From the NCBI GenBank assembly GCA_030688315.1, contig JAUYIT010000027.1, positions 33,135 to 97,134 of the forward strand: 64,000 nucleotides of DNA. Reading direction: 5' to 3'. The translations under genes were made by a program, and so were the position numbers. This document shows positions 38,160 to 47,230 of this stretch, piece after piece. This DNA is from Candidatus Komeilibacteria bacterium (lineage in GTDB: Bacteria; Patescibacteriota; Patescibacteriia; UBA1558; UBA10009). Position 1 is the first letter of the stretch. Every line of letters begins with the position of its first letter. The notes under the pieces are model-generated. The model did not search any database. It was given only the letters and a program-made list of their open reading frames with translations, and had not been told where the DNA came from.

Positions 38160-38801
38160 TTAAGGCAAAATATTAATCGGAGTTTTAAATAAAGTAAATT
38201 TGTTGAAAGGAAATGCCCGCAACAGCGCCTTGCCTTTAATGTTAGCGGTGGTAATGGGTCCGATGCGTCGGGAATCCAAACTATTGGCGCGGTTATCGCC
38301 TACCACATAATACTGCTCGTCGGTTAATAAAACCCGGCTTTCTTCATTAACCTGATTTTGAGTTAGGTAACCGGATTCATCAATTACCTGCCCTTGAGGG
38401 AACTCATTATTATATATAAAAATCTTGCCGTCTTTTAGCTCCACGGTTTCGGCAGGCAAACCGATGATTCTTTTGATGTAGTAAACGTTGGGTGAAAGGG
38501 GCGGATGAAAAATAACCACGTCGCCCCGTTGCGGCGTTTTAAAACGGTAGCTGATTTCGTCAACAATCAAATATTCACCGTCATGAAAATTGGGCACCAT
38601 GGAATCGCCTTCCACTATAAACGGCTGAACCACAAACATTCTAACGGGGATAATGATGGCCAAAGAAAAAACAATGATTTTAACGATTTCAAAAAAATAT
38701 TCCTTAAAACCGTGGCCCGAAGAACTTGGCTCTAAATTGGGTTCTTGACCCAAGGTAGTTTGTTGATCGTCCGTTTCGCCTCTTAAATCAATAATGTTCA
38801 T
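38160..38801 (-). CDS. lepB: signal peptidase I
   Basis: Catalytic Ser box GDSMVPNF, Lys box YIKRIIGLPAE, GDNRANSLDSR box. The track ORF extends to 39011 across the tRNA-Val gene (the GQLAQLVRALH..WFESS artefact); trimmed to the ATG at 38801. Confidence 0.88.
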   Translation of the reverse strand: MNIIDLRGETDDQQTTLGQEPNLEPSSSGHGFKEYFFEIVKIIVFSLAIIIPVRMFVVQPFIVEGDSMVPNFHDGEYLIVDEISYRFKTPQRGDVVIFHPPLSPNVYYIKRIIGLPAETVELKDGKIFIYNNEFPQGQVIDESGYLTQNQVNEESRVLLTDEQYYVVGDNRANSLDSRRIGPITTANIKGKALLRAFPFNKFTLFKTPINILP

Positions 38802-38865
38802 TAAAATATTTATGGTTGAATTGTACTTAATGTAACAGATAAGCCGGGCTAAAGCAAATTTAAAC

Positions 38866-38942
38866 TGGTGGACAATGCTGGATTCGAACCAGCGACCTTT
38901 GCAATGTGAATGCAACGCTCTAACCAGCTGAGCTAATTGTCC
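38866..38942 (-). tRNA. tRNA-Val (anticodon CAC)
   Basis: Reverse complement gives GGACAAT-TA-GCTC-AGCTGGTTA-GAGC-G-TTGCA-TTCACAT-TGCAA-AGGTC-GCTGG-TTCGAAT-CCAGC-ATTGTCC-A-CCA. Confidence 0.85.
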
Positions 38943-39073
38943 ATTTACACAAAAATACCTTATTTTTTGAAAAATTAAGGTAATAATAGCACTTAAAAAG
39001 CTAAAAATCAAGCCCGTAGGAAAGCCGGCTTTTGATTGACTGAAAACCTTATTTTTATTATAATTGGCTTACT

Positions 39074-40807
39074 ATGTCGCCTTTAGACGGACTAAAAAGA
39101 ATCCTGCCTAACAAAGATAAAATTTACCGACCTAACAGCCGGATTAATTTTTTAATAAACCAGCCCGCCTCGCCTGACGAGCAGGCTCGTCGAGGCGGGC
39201 CCTCTTCGCCTTCGACTTATCGAGGCGAGCCAACTGCCGACCTGGACGAGCCCAGGCGGGTGCCGTTAGCCGACCAAAACGAGACGATAAAATCGACTGG
39301 TTCCGGCCAAAATTATCATCAACCCTCCCCCGAAAGGTTTTCCCGGCCGGCCATGGACGGGAAAAAGCACGCTTTGATAAAAATCATTTTGATCAGTTTT
39401 TTGATCATTATCATTTCCGGCGTCATGTATCTTTCGGAAAAACTGTTTGGCTCGGGCATGGGCGTAAATTTAAATCCGTTGTCGGGCATTAAGTGGCTGG
39501 TGAGCCCGGCTGATAAAAGGATTGACGGCGAGCTAAACGACCGCGTTAACATTTTAGCCATGGGTGTGGGCGGTGAAGGCCATGACGGACCGTATTTGAC
39601 CGACACCATCATCGTCATCAGCATTAAACCCTCTACCGGCGAAGTGGGCCTGCTCTCTTTGCCGCGCGACATGATTGTTAAAATAAAAAATGGCGGCTGG
39701 CCAAAAATAAATTCTGTTTATACCTTGGGCCGGACGCAAGACCCCGATCACGCGGAAGAATATGTTGCTCAAGTTATCGGCGAATTACTGGATCTGCCCA
39801 TCCATTATTACGGCATTATTACCTTTAGCGGCTTTGAAAAATTTATTGATGAAATCGGCGGCATCAGCGTTAACGTACCCAGAGCTTTTACCGATTACTT
39901 GTACCCCACCAAAAATTACAAAGTGCAAACCGTGGGCTTTAAGGCGGGCCTGCAAAACATGGACGGCGAAGATGCCTTGATTTACGCCCGCAGTAGGCAC
40001 GGCAATAATTTTGAGGGTTCGGATTTTGCCCGCAGCCGCCGTCAGCAATTGATTCTGCAGGCGGTTAAGGAAAAGCTGTTTAAATTTTCCACCCTTTTAA
40101 GTCCAAATAAAATGGGAGCGATTATGGATTTGCTGGGAGAAAGCGTGGAAACCAATCTATCTATCTGGCAAGGTTTAAAAATCGCTCAAATGCTTGAAAA
40201 AACCGATGACGACAAAATTTACCGCTTGGTTTTGGATGATTCACCCGACAGCTTATTGGAACCCGGTTACGCTCCCGATGGCGCCTGGATTTTACAACCC
40301 AAAGACGGCAACTATCAAACTTTGGCCCGCCAGTTTAAAAATATTTTTAACATTGGAAAAATCAAGACGGAGGGCGCCAAACTGGAAATTCAAAACGGCA
40401 CCGAAATTGAAGGGTTGGCTTACTGGACCAATGCTTATTTAGCCAAATTGGGCTATACTATTATTAAATACGGCAACGCGCCCACGCAGGATTACCAAAG
40501 AACCGTTATTTACGATTTAAGCGACGGCCAAAAAAATACCACCTTAAAATGGCTTAAGCAGGAATTAAACGCTTACACCACCGAAGCGGTTGAAACGGAT
40601 TTAACCAAAAATGAAGCGCCAGTTGACGCAGCCAATTCAACCGAAGCACAGAAACAGCCGGACTTTTTAATAATCCTGGGCACCGACTATTCTTCAACTT
40701 TTAAACTGCCCGAACCAAAACCCGTTCAAACAACTTCTACCAAACCTCTTTTGCCCGGCGACGAGTCCGTTGATTTGTCCACTTCCACAAAAGAGCTAAC
40801 CGAATAA
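39074..40807 (+). CDS. LytR-CpsA-Psr (LCP) family cell-envelope phosphotransferase
   Basis: LCP domain (DTIIVISIKPSTGEVGLLSLPRDM...) after a TM helix. Contains the 39163-39200 palindrome in its first 93 codons; the alternative start MDGKK at 39353 would place that palindrome in the leader instead. Confidence 0.85.
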   Translation: MSPLDGLKRILPNKDKIYRPNSRINFLINQPASPDEQARRGGPSSPSTYRGEPTADLDEPRRVPLADQNETIKSTGSGQNYHQPSPERFSRPAMDGKKHALIKIILISFLIIIISGVMYLSEKLFGSGMGVNLNPLSGIKWLVSPADKRIDGELNDRVNILAMGVGGEGHDGPYLTDTIIVISIKPSTGEVGLLSLPRDMIVKIKNGGWPKINSVYTLGRTQDPDHAEEYVAQVIGELLDLPIHYYGIITFSGFEKFIDEIGGISVNVPRAFTDYLYPTKNYKVQTVGFKAGLQNMDGEDALIYARSRHGNNFEGSDFARSRRQQLILQAVKEKLFKFSTLLSPNKMGAIMDLLGESVETNLSIWQGLKIAQMLEKTDDDKIYRLVLDDSPDSLLEPGYAPDGAWILQPKDGNYQTLARQFKNIFNIGKIKTEGAKLEIQNGTEIEGLAYWTNAYLAKLGYTIIKYGNAPTQDYQRTVIYDLSDGQKNTTLKWLKQELNAYTTEAVETDLTKNEAPVDAANSTEAQKQPDFLIILGTDYSSTFKLPEPKPVQTTSTKPLLPGDESVDLSTSTKELTE

Positions 40808-40812
40808 CTAAA

Positions 40813-42141
40813 ATGCCACAACTGCCTAAAATCGCTTTGATCGGCCGGGCCAATACCGGTAAATCCACTTTGTTCAACCGTTTGACCGAACAAAAAAAGG
40901 CCATCGTTTCTACCATTGCCGGCACCACCCGCGACCGCAACTACGGCAACGTTAGTTGGCGCGGCCTTAACTTTACCGTGATTGACACGGGCGGGCTGGA
41001 CCTGGTTCATGACAAAAATTTTGAACAGGACGTGTTTAAACAGGCCAACTTTGCTTTGGCCGAAGCCGATTTGATTCTGCTGGTAGTTTCCGCCAAAGAC
41101 GGCCTAATGCCGCAGGATAAGGAAGTGGCCCAGGTTTTGCGCAAAGCCAAAAAACCGGTCATCATCGTGGTTAACAAAGCGGACAATAATTATTTAAAAA
41201 AACAAATTGAAGATTTTTATCGTTTGGGCCTAGGTACGCCGGTTGCTCTTTCGGCCTTAAACGGGAGTGGTTCCGGCGATTTGCTGGATGTGATTCAAAC
41301 CAAATTAAAAAAGAAAGCCAAGGCGCCCAAGATTGATGAAAAAATTATTAAGATCGCCATTATCGGCAAACCCAACGTGGGCAAATCAAGTTTGGTCAAC
41401 GCCATTTTAGGCGAAGAGCGGGTGATTGTTTCTTCAGTCCCCTACACCACCCGCGACCCGCAAGACACGCGCTTCCATTACCAAAAAATCGATTGGCTGT
41501 TAATTGACACGGCGGGCATAAGGAAACAGGTTAAAATCAACGATCGCTTGGAACGCTTAAGCGTGGATAAATCCATTGATACCATTGCCCAGGCCGATGT
41601 GGTTTTGCTGGTGACCGAGGCCGATAAACCGCTGGGGCGGCAGGACCAGCATTTATCGGAAATGATTTTGGATCAAAAAAAATCCTTGATTATTGTGGCC
41701 AACAAGTGGGATTTAATCGGCGAAAAAGACGAAGCCACCATTAATAAATTTACCGCCTACTACCGCCGGTTTTTCCCCTATCTGGCTTACGCGCCCATTA
41801 TTTTTACCTCGGCTTTGGAAAGCCAGCGGGTTAAAAAAATCTTGGATCTAGCTTTGGAAATTTACCAGGAAAGATTTAGGGAAATTACCGAAAACGCTTT
41901 GGATAAATTCTTGAAAACTTTACTTAAAAAACACGCCCCAGCCAGGGGCAAGGGCGTTCATCATCCCAGAATTTTTGGCTTTAAGCAAACTCGCACCAAT
42001 CCGCCGGAATTTGAAATTGTTAAAGATTTTGCTTCGGATCTGCATTATTCCTATTTGCGTTTTATGGAAAACCAGTTGCGTGCCAAGTTCGGCTTTTCCG
42101 GCACGCCAATCGTTATTAGAGCTAGAAGAATTAAACTCTAA
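40813..42141 (+). CDS. der: ribosome biogenesis GTPase Der (EngA)
   Basis: Tandem GTPase domains (GRANTGKSTLFN; GKPNVGKSSLVN) and a KH-like C-terminus. Confidence 0.95.
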   Translation: MPQLPKIALIGRANTGKSTLFNRLTEQKKAIVSTIAGTTRDRNYGNVSWRGLNFTVIDTGGLDLVHDKNFEQDVFKQANFALAEADLILLVVSAKDGLMPQDKEVAQVLRKAKKPVIIVVNKADNNYLKKQIEDFYRLGLGTPVALSALNGSGSGDLLDVIQTKLKKKAKAPKIDEKIIKIAIIGKPNVGKSSLVNAILGEERVIVSSVPYTTRDPQDTRFHYQKIDWLLIDTAGIRKQVKINDRLERLSVDKSIDTIAQADVVLLVTEADKPLGRQDQHLSEMILDQKKSLIIVANKWDLIGEKDEATINKFTAYYRRFFPYLAYAPIIFTSALESQRVKKILDLALEIYQERFREITENALDKFLKTLLKKHAPARGKGVHHPRIFGFKQTRTNPPEFEIVKDFASDLHYSYLRFMENQLRAKFGFSGTPIVIRARRIKL

Positions 42142-42144
42142 CCT

Positions 42145-42702
42145 ATGAAGCTTATCGTTGGCCTAGGCAATCCAGGCAAGGAATACGAAAAAACCAGACA
42201 CAACGCCGGCTTTATGGCCGTTGATTTGTTAGCTCAAGGTGAAAAATGGCAGCATAGCAAAAACGCCAAAGCCGATTACATCCGGTTGAACTTAAACAGA
42301 CAAGATGTGGAGCTGTTAAAACCGGTGGACTTTATGAACAACTCCGGTTTTAGCGTGGCGCGCGCCATTAAAAATCATAATCTTAATGTTGAAGACGTGA
42401 TTGTGGTTTACGATGAACTGGATTTGCCTTTGGGAAAAATCCGCGTGGGCAGATTTGATTCGGCCGGCGGTCACAACGGCCTTAAATCCATCATTGAACA
42501 CTTGGACGCCAAAAACTTTATCCGGGTCCGCATCGGCATTGCCAATAACAACTCCGCCAAAGTTCCGGCTGAAATATTCGTTTTGCAAAAATTCGGCTTG
42601 TTGGAAAAATCCAAAATCAATCAGTCAACCAAGCTGGCCGCCGAAGCCATAAACATGTTAATGTCGGAACCATTGGAAAAAGTGATGAATAAATTCAATT
42701 AA
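42145..42702 (+). CDS. pth: peptidyl-tRNA hydrolase
   Basis: 185 aa. GLGNPG...HN(A/V)GF and catalytic His/Asp pattern. Confidence 0.93.
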   Translation: MKLIVGLGNPGKEYEKTRHNAGFMAVDLLAQGEKWQHSKNAKADYIRLNLNRQDVELLKPVDFMNNSGFSVARAIKNHNLNVEDVIVVYDELDLPLGKIRVGRFDSAGGHNGLKSIIEHLDAKNFIRVRIGIANNNSAKVPAEIFVLQKFGLLEKSKINQSTKLAAEAINMLMSEPLEKVMNKFN

Positions 42703-42942
42703 AATAAACTACTTGGACTAAACAAAAAACCGCCTATTTAGGCAGTCTTTTGTTAGGGGGTCTACTTAAGGACGGAACCTCAAGATCGCCCTTCCTATCG
42801 TGATTATTTCAATTATAGCAAAAATCGTTATCATGTCAAGCATACAAAGAAAGAGCGCCGCTTAAGGACAAAACCTTAAGAAACGCTCTTTCATAGAAAT
42901 CTATTATGATAGTATAACGACTGATTTTTATGTCAAGTGGAT

Positions 42943-42978
42943 AAAAAAATCTGCCCGTGATCACGCTGATCCGGGCAG
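42943..42978 (-). terminator. intrinsic terminator of the lipoprotein gene
   Basis: CTGCCCGtgatcacgctgatcCGGGCAG followed by a T-run on the minus strand, 10 nt after the stop at 42988. Confidence 0.5.
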
Positions 42979-42987
42979 TTATAGAGG

Positions 42988-43575
42988 TTACTGGAATAAC
43001 AGTCCTTGAGCCTGATGGCGCAAAGACGTTTGTTTGAACTGCTCAAGGTAATTTTCCCTCAAGTTTTGACCTGTTCCGGTAATTTGGATTGTGCCGTCTG
43101 AATTGAGGAAGACCTCTATTTCAAAGACGGCCTCAACCCAGGAATCCTCTAGATGATCAAAGAACCCCTGACCAATTGATTGCAGAAAGAAAATCACTCC
43201 GCCTGGCAAAGTTCGATAGACCACCAATCTTACATAAATCCGCGTATTTAACGGAAGTGTAGTCCCGGTGGCCGGATGATTGTTGCCCGCGCCCGTGTAG
43301 CCCTCGCCGAAGTAATAGATGCTTCTATTTTCGGCATTGGTAATGTCCAGACCGACCGCGCGAGCAGGGCCGTTGATGAGCCAGATGGCGTCGCCCTGCA
43401 TGGTTGACTTAATCAAAAGTAAATCGACATTGCCCAGCAACTCGCCGCTGGGTATGCGATAGACCATGTCGGCATTGCTGTCGGTCAGGTGAACCTGGGT
43501 AGGCGGTTCAATCACCTCCTTAGAGCAAGACCCTAGGAAGACCAGCGCCAACATTGTGAGAAAAATTTTTCTCAA
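42988..43575 (-). CDS. hypothetical lipoprotein
   Basis: 195 aa. Lipobox LVFLGSC, beta-rich, no catalytic motif. Confidence 0.6.
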   Translation of the reverse strand: MRKIFLTMLALVFLGSCSKEVIEPPTQVHLTDSNADMVYRIPSGELLGNVDLLLIKSTMQGDAIWLINGPARAVGLDITNAENRSIYYFGEGYTGAGNNHPATGTTLPLNTRIYVRLVVYRTLPGGVIFFLQSIGQGFFDHLEDSWVEAVFEIEVFLNSDGTIQITGTGQNLRENYLEQFKQTSLRHQAQGLLFQ

Positions 43576-43869
43576 TTTTATCCCTCCTTAATTTAGAAGA
43601 CCTATGAAACCAAAAACCCGTCCTTGATAACCAAAAACGGGCCTGGTTGAAGTGTGCAATGGAAGCACGACAAAGGTCGCGTTTGCCCGAAAATACTACC
43701 TGCCAGCGTGAAGCCCCGTTACAAGAACAAGGCCCCAACTTGGTGGCTACTAACCAGGGCTAGGAGGGCAACCCGGCGTTGGCTGCTGGCAAGCAGAACT
43801 TTAGGGCAAAATAGGGCTATTTAAATAACATTTGGATTTTTATCTTAACACTTTTTTTCGGGCTGTCAA

Positions 43870-43903
43870 CCCCTTACCAGTTTTTTAAAAAACTGGTAAG
43901 GGG
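43870..43903. promoter_or_regulatory. perfect 17+17 bp palindrome in the divergent lipoprotein/dprA intergenic region
   Basis: ccccttaccagtttttt|aaaaaactggtaagggg with no mismatch. It lies more than 290 nt from any gene end, so it is not a simple 3' terminator. Confidence 0.4.
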
Positions 43904-44047
43904 TCAAGGGTATTTGACTGAATAAAATAAATCCTCTAAGATAAGCAAATATGAGCGCATATAAGCTCCTCGGCTCGGAAATATGAAAGCTTCGCTTTCC
44001 TATTTCTCTCGCTCTACGTCGCCTATAATCAACTGAAAAGCGATTTT

Positions 44048-45136
44048 ATGGACAAATATCTTTTGGCGTTAAGCCAAGTGGACGGCCTTGGGTCAGCCAC
44101 TTTAATAAAATTAATCAAGCAGTTTGGATCCGCGGAAGCCCTTTTTAAGGCTTCTGTTTTTGATTTAAAAAAATATGAGTTAAGCTCGGGCCTGATTGAT
44201 TTAATTAAACAAGCTCAAAAAATAGAAACCAATGACTTAATTAAAGAAATTGACCGGGAACAGTTGAGTGTTTGCTCATATTATGACGAATGCTATCCAA
44301 AGATGTTAAAAGAGATTTTTGACCCGCCGATTCTGTTTTATTATCGCGGCAATTTAAAGCTGGCTGATAAACCGGCCTTGGCCGTGGTGGGTTCCCGAAG
44401 AATTTCCGGTTACGCCCAGCAAATTATGCCCAAACTTTTACAGCCGGTTATTGAATCCGGCATTACCATTGTGTCCGGTTTAGCTTACGGCGTGGACGGA
44501 CTTTCGCATCAACTGGCTTTGGAATATGGAGGACAAACCATCGCGGTGGTGGGCTCGGGTTTGGGCTGGAACAGGATTTATCCTCCGGGCAACGTTAAGC
44601 TGGCCCAAAAAATCATTGCCCAAAACGGCTTGCTGATTTCGGAAAATCCGCCCTTGTTTGAAGCACTGCCTTTTACCTTTCCGCGCCGCAACCGGATAAT
44701 TTCCGGTTTAGCAAAAGCGACCTTGATTGTGGAAGCCGCTCAAAAATCCGGCGCCCTAATTACCGCCGCCTGCGCGGCCGAGCAAAACCGCGAGGTGCTG
44801 GCCGTGCCCCAAAATATTTATTCCCCAACCTCGGCCGGAGTCAACAACCTGCTTAAAAACGGCGCCAAAGCCGTGACTTCGGCCGAAGACATTTTGGAAA
44901 TTTTTAACCTTAAAGCCGATATAAATATTAATAATCCAGTGACCGAAAAAATGCTGGTAGAACTTAATAATGATGAAAAAACCGTTTATAACAGTTTAAG
45001 CGCCAGCCCTGTCCACATTGACAAAATCATAGAAAACTGTAATCTTAACACGTCTTTGGTCAATAGCTGGCTAGTTCAGCTGGAGATTAAGGGTTTAATT
45101 AAAAATCTGGGCAACCAGAATTACGTTAAAACGTGA
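44048..45136 (+). CDS. dprA: DNA processing protein DprA (Smf)
   Basis: 362 aa. N-terminal SAM-like region, Rossmann DprA core (LAVVGSRRIS...GVDG...), C-terminal wHTH. Ends with TGA. Confidence 0.9.
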   Translation: MDKYLLALSQVDGLGSATLIKLIKQFGSAEALFKASVFDLKKYELSSGLIDLIKQAQKIETNDLIKEIDREQLSVCSYYDECYPKMLKEIFDPPILFYYRGNLKLADKPALAVVGSRRISGYAQQIMPKLLQPVIESGITIVSGLAYGVDGLSHQLALEYGGQTIAVVGSGLGWNRIYPPGNVKLAQKIIAQNGLLISENPPLFEALPFTFPRRNRIISGLAKATLIVEAAQKSGALITAACAAEQNREVLAVPQNIYSPTSAGVNNLLKNGAKAVTSAEDILEIFNLKADININNPVTEKMLVELNNDEKTVYNSLSASPVHIDKIIENCNLNTSLVNSWLVQLEIKGLIKNLGNQNYVKT

Positions 45137-45151
45137 TTAACCAAAAAAATA

Positions 45152-45802
45152 ATGCCTAAACTTTCCTTGGAAAACAAGACCGACATTTTAGCGGCAATTT
45201 TTTTAACCGGCCTTATTACCGCTAATCTGCTTGGTAATAAAATCACCACCTTACTGGGTATTTCCGTTTCAGTGGCGATTTTTACTTATCCGCTGACTTT
45301 TTTAATGACGGACATAATCGCCGAAGTGCACGGCAAAAAAAAGGCCAACAGCCTGATTTTGGCGGGCTTTGTTTCTTTACTCATCTTACTGGGCGTTACA
45401 TACCTATCCATTGTTTTACCGGCTAATTCTCGTTATCCTCACAATGAAAGCTATGTCACGGTTTTTTCCAGCTCGGTCAGGATTATTTTGGCCAGTTTAA
45501 TCGCTTTCATCCTTTCGCAAATCCACGATATCTGGTCGTTCCATTTTTGGAAGGAAAAAACCAAGGGCAAATGGCTGTGGCTGCGGAACAACGCCTCCAC
45601 CGTTGTCAGTCAGTTTATTGATACCGTGATTTTTATGTTCATTGCTTTTTACCAGGTCGCGCCAATGTTTGACTTTGCCTTTATGTGGCACATGATTATC
45701 CCCTACTACCTCTTTAAGATCGCTTTCGCGCTGATTGACACGCCCTTGGTTTATCTGGGCGTTAACTGGCTCAAAAAATCATCCCAAGAACAAACTAAAT
45801 GA
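45152..45802 (+). CDS. queuosine precursor transporter (YhhQ/VUT family)
   Basis: 216 aa with six TM helices and the VUT/DUF165 pattern (YPLTFLMTDII.E.HGKK). Confidence 0.8.
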   Translation: MPKLSLENKTDILAAIFLTGLITANLLGNKITTLLGISVSVAIFTYPLTFLMTDIIAEVHGKKKANSLILAGFVSLLILLGVTYLSIVLPANSRYPHNESYVTVFSSSVRIILASLIAFILSQIHDIWSFHFWKEKTKGKWLWLRNNASTVVSQFIDTVIFMFIAFYQVAPMFDFAFMWHMIIPYYLFKIAFALIDTPLVYLGVNWLKKSSQEQTK

Positions 45803-47070
45803 CCTTTGCCGATTATCATCAAGCGGTAAACTTTCTGGAATCTCTTCTGAATTTGCCGATTCCCGATTATTTGCTTAAAACGACTGACCGCTCCATTTAC
45901 TTAAAACGCTTGGAGCGGTTTTTGGCTATTTTAGGCAATCCGGAAAAAAATATGAAATTTATCCATATTACGGGCACGGCCGGCAAAGGCACCACCGTCA
46001 ATTGTTTGCACCAAATTATCCAAGCCGGTGGCAAAAAAGTCGGCTCCTATTATTCGCCTCATCCCACTACGGCTTTGGAAAGAATCAAGGTCAATGATTT
46101 GTATATCAGCCCGGCGGATTTTAGCCGGCTGACTGAAAAAATTAAAACGGCTCTGGACACAACTTTAGCCAAATCGCCTTTTGGTCAGCCATCCTATTTT
46201 GAAACTTTTTTGGCTTTGGCCTTGCTGTATTTTAAGGAACAAAAATGCGATTACGTGATTTTGGAAGCCGGTTTGGGCGGCACGCACGACGCCACCAACG
46301 TGATTGCCAAACCGCTGATAACGGCTATTACCAATATTGATTATGATCACACCGAAATTTTAGGCAAAACTTTAAGCAAAATCGCTAAGGATAAGGCGGG
46401 TATTATTAAAAGGGGCTGTCAATTTTTTACCACCGAAACCAAAGAGGCGCAGATTAAAATCTTTCAAGCTAAATGCGACTCGCTGGGAGTTAAATATCAT
46501 CTTGTTCCGGCCAAAGACGCTGACATTAATCCTAATCTCGCCCTGGCTCAAGCTATTGCCGACCAACTTGGTTTTAGCCAACATGTTATTGCGCAAGGCC
46601 TAAAATCAGCCAAATTACCCTGCCGTTCGGAAGTTATCCAAACCAGGCCGCTGGTAATAATTGACGGTTCCCATAACCCTATTAAACTTAAATTTTTAGC
46701 CAAAAAAATCCACTCGCTTTATCCGGATAAAAAAGTCAATCTTATTTTAGGCATGGCCGCCGATAAAAATCTGGAGGATTCGCTTAAAGAAATTTTACCG
46801 GCAGTTGAGCGAGCGATCTTTACCCGGTTTTTAATGCCTTACCGCAGATCAGCCGATATTACCGAACTCGCCAGAATAAGTAAAAAAATAAAACCAATTG
46901 CGCCGGTTAAGGTTTTTACCGACCCCTGGCAGGCGTTGGATTACGGCTTAAAGATGACCAAAAAAAATGAACTTCTTTTAATTACCGGCTCCTTCTTTTT
47001 GGCCGGCGAATTACGGACGCGTTGGATTACCGAGGAACAAATTCTCAAAACACGATCGAGTTTTTTATAA
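45799..47070 (+). CDS. folC: Mur-ligase-family folylpolyglutamate synthase/dihydrofolate synthase-like protein
   Basis: 423 aa. P-loop HITGTAGKGTT and a Mur ligase middle/C-terminal domain. The start overlaps the yhhQ stop (ATGA). Confidence 0.75.
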   Translation: MTFADYHQAVNFLESLLNLPIPDYLLKTTDRSIYLKRLERFLAILGNPEKNMKFIHITGTAGKGTTVNCLHQIIQAGGKKVGSYYSPHPTTALERIKVNDLYISPADFSRLTEKIKTALDTTLAKSPFGQPSYFETFLALALLYFKEQKCDYVILEAGLGGTHDATNVIAKPLITAITNIDYDHTEILGKTLSKIAKDKAGIIKRGCQFFTTETKEAQIKIFQAKCDSLGVKYHLVPAKDADINPNLALAQAIADQLGFSQHVIAQGLKSAKLPCRSEVIQTRPLVIIDGSHNPIKLKFLAKKIHSLYPDKKVNLILGMAADKNLEDSLKEILPAVERAIFTRFLMPYRRSADITELARISKKIKPIAPVKVFTDPWQALDYGLKMTKKNELLLITGSFFLAGELRTRWITEEQILKTRSSFL

Positions 47071-47071
47071 C

Positions 47072-47168
47072 AAGGCCTTGCCCGCCTTTGTCATCACGAT
47101 TTTTCGTAGAGACGCACAATTGCGCGTCTCTACCTTGTATTACGATGACCATCTGCGGGCAAGGCCTT
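47072..47168. repeat. nested-palindrome repeat copy between folC and rel
   Basis: Outer inverted repeat aaggccttgcccgc/gcgggcaaggcctt (the same outer repeat as the 53351 copy) enclosing the agagacgcacaattgcgcgtctct hairpin. Confidence 0.7.
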
Positions 47169-47230
47169 TTTGATTTGACTTGCCGCTGATTTATCATTAC
47201 AATAAATTCACCCCATCCTAAGGGGTAGCT

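Noticed and set aside
43520-43738. 72-aa minus-strand ORF
   Set aside because: It overlaps the lipoprotein gene start and its structured GC-rich leader in another frame, with no independent support.
45134-45154. UGA-as-sense (code 25/SR1-type) recoding
   Set aside because: The dprA TGA is in frame with the yhhQ ATG 18 nt downstream, which briefly suggested readthrough. But these are two unrelated proteins, rel also ends in TGA, and a TGA closes the frame at 63907. TGA is therefore a normal stop and the standard code applies.
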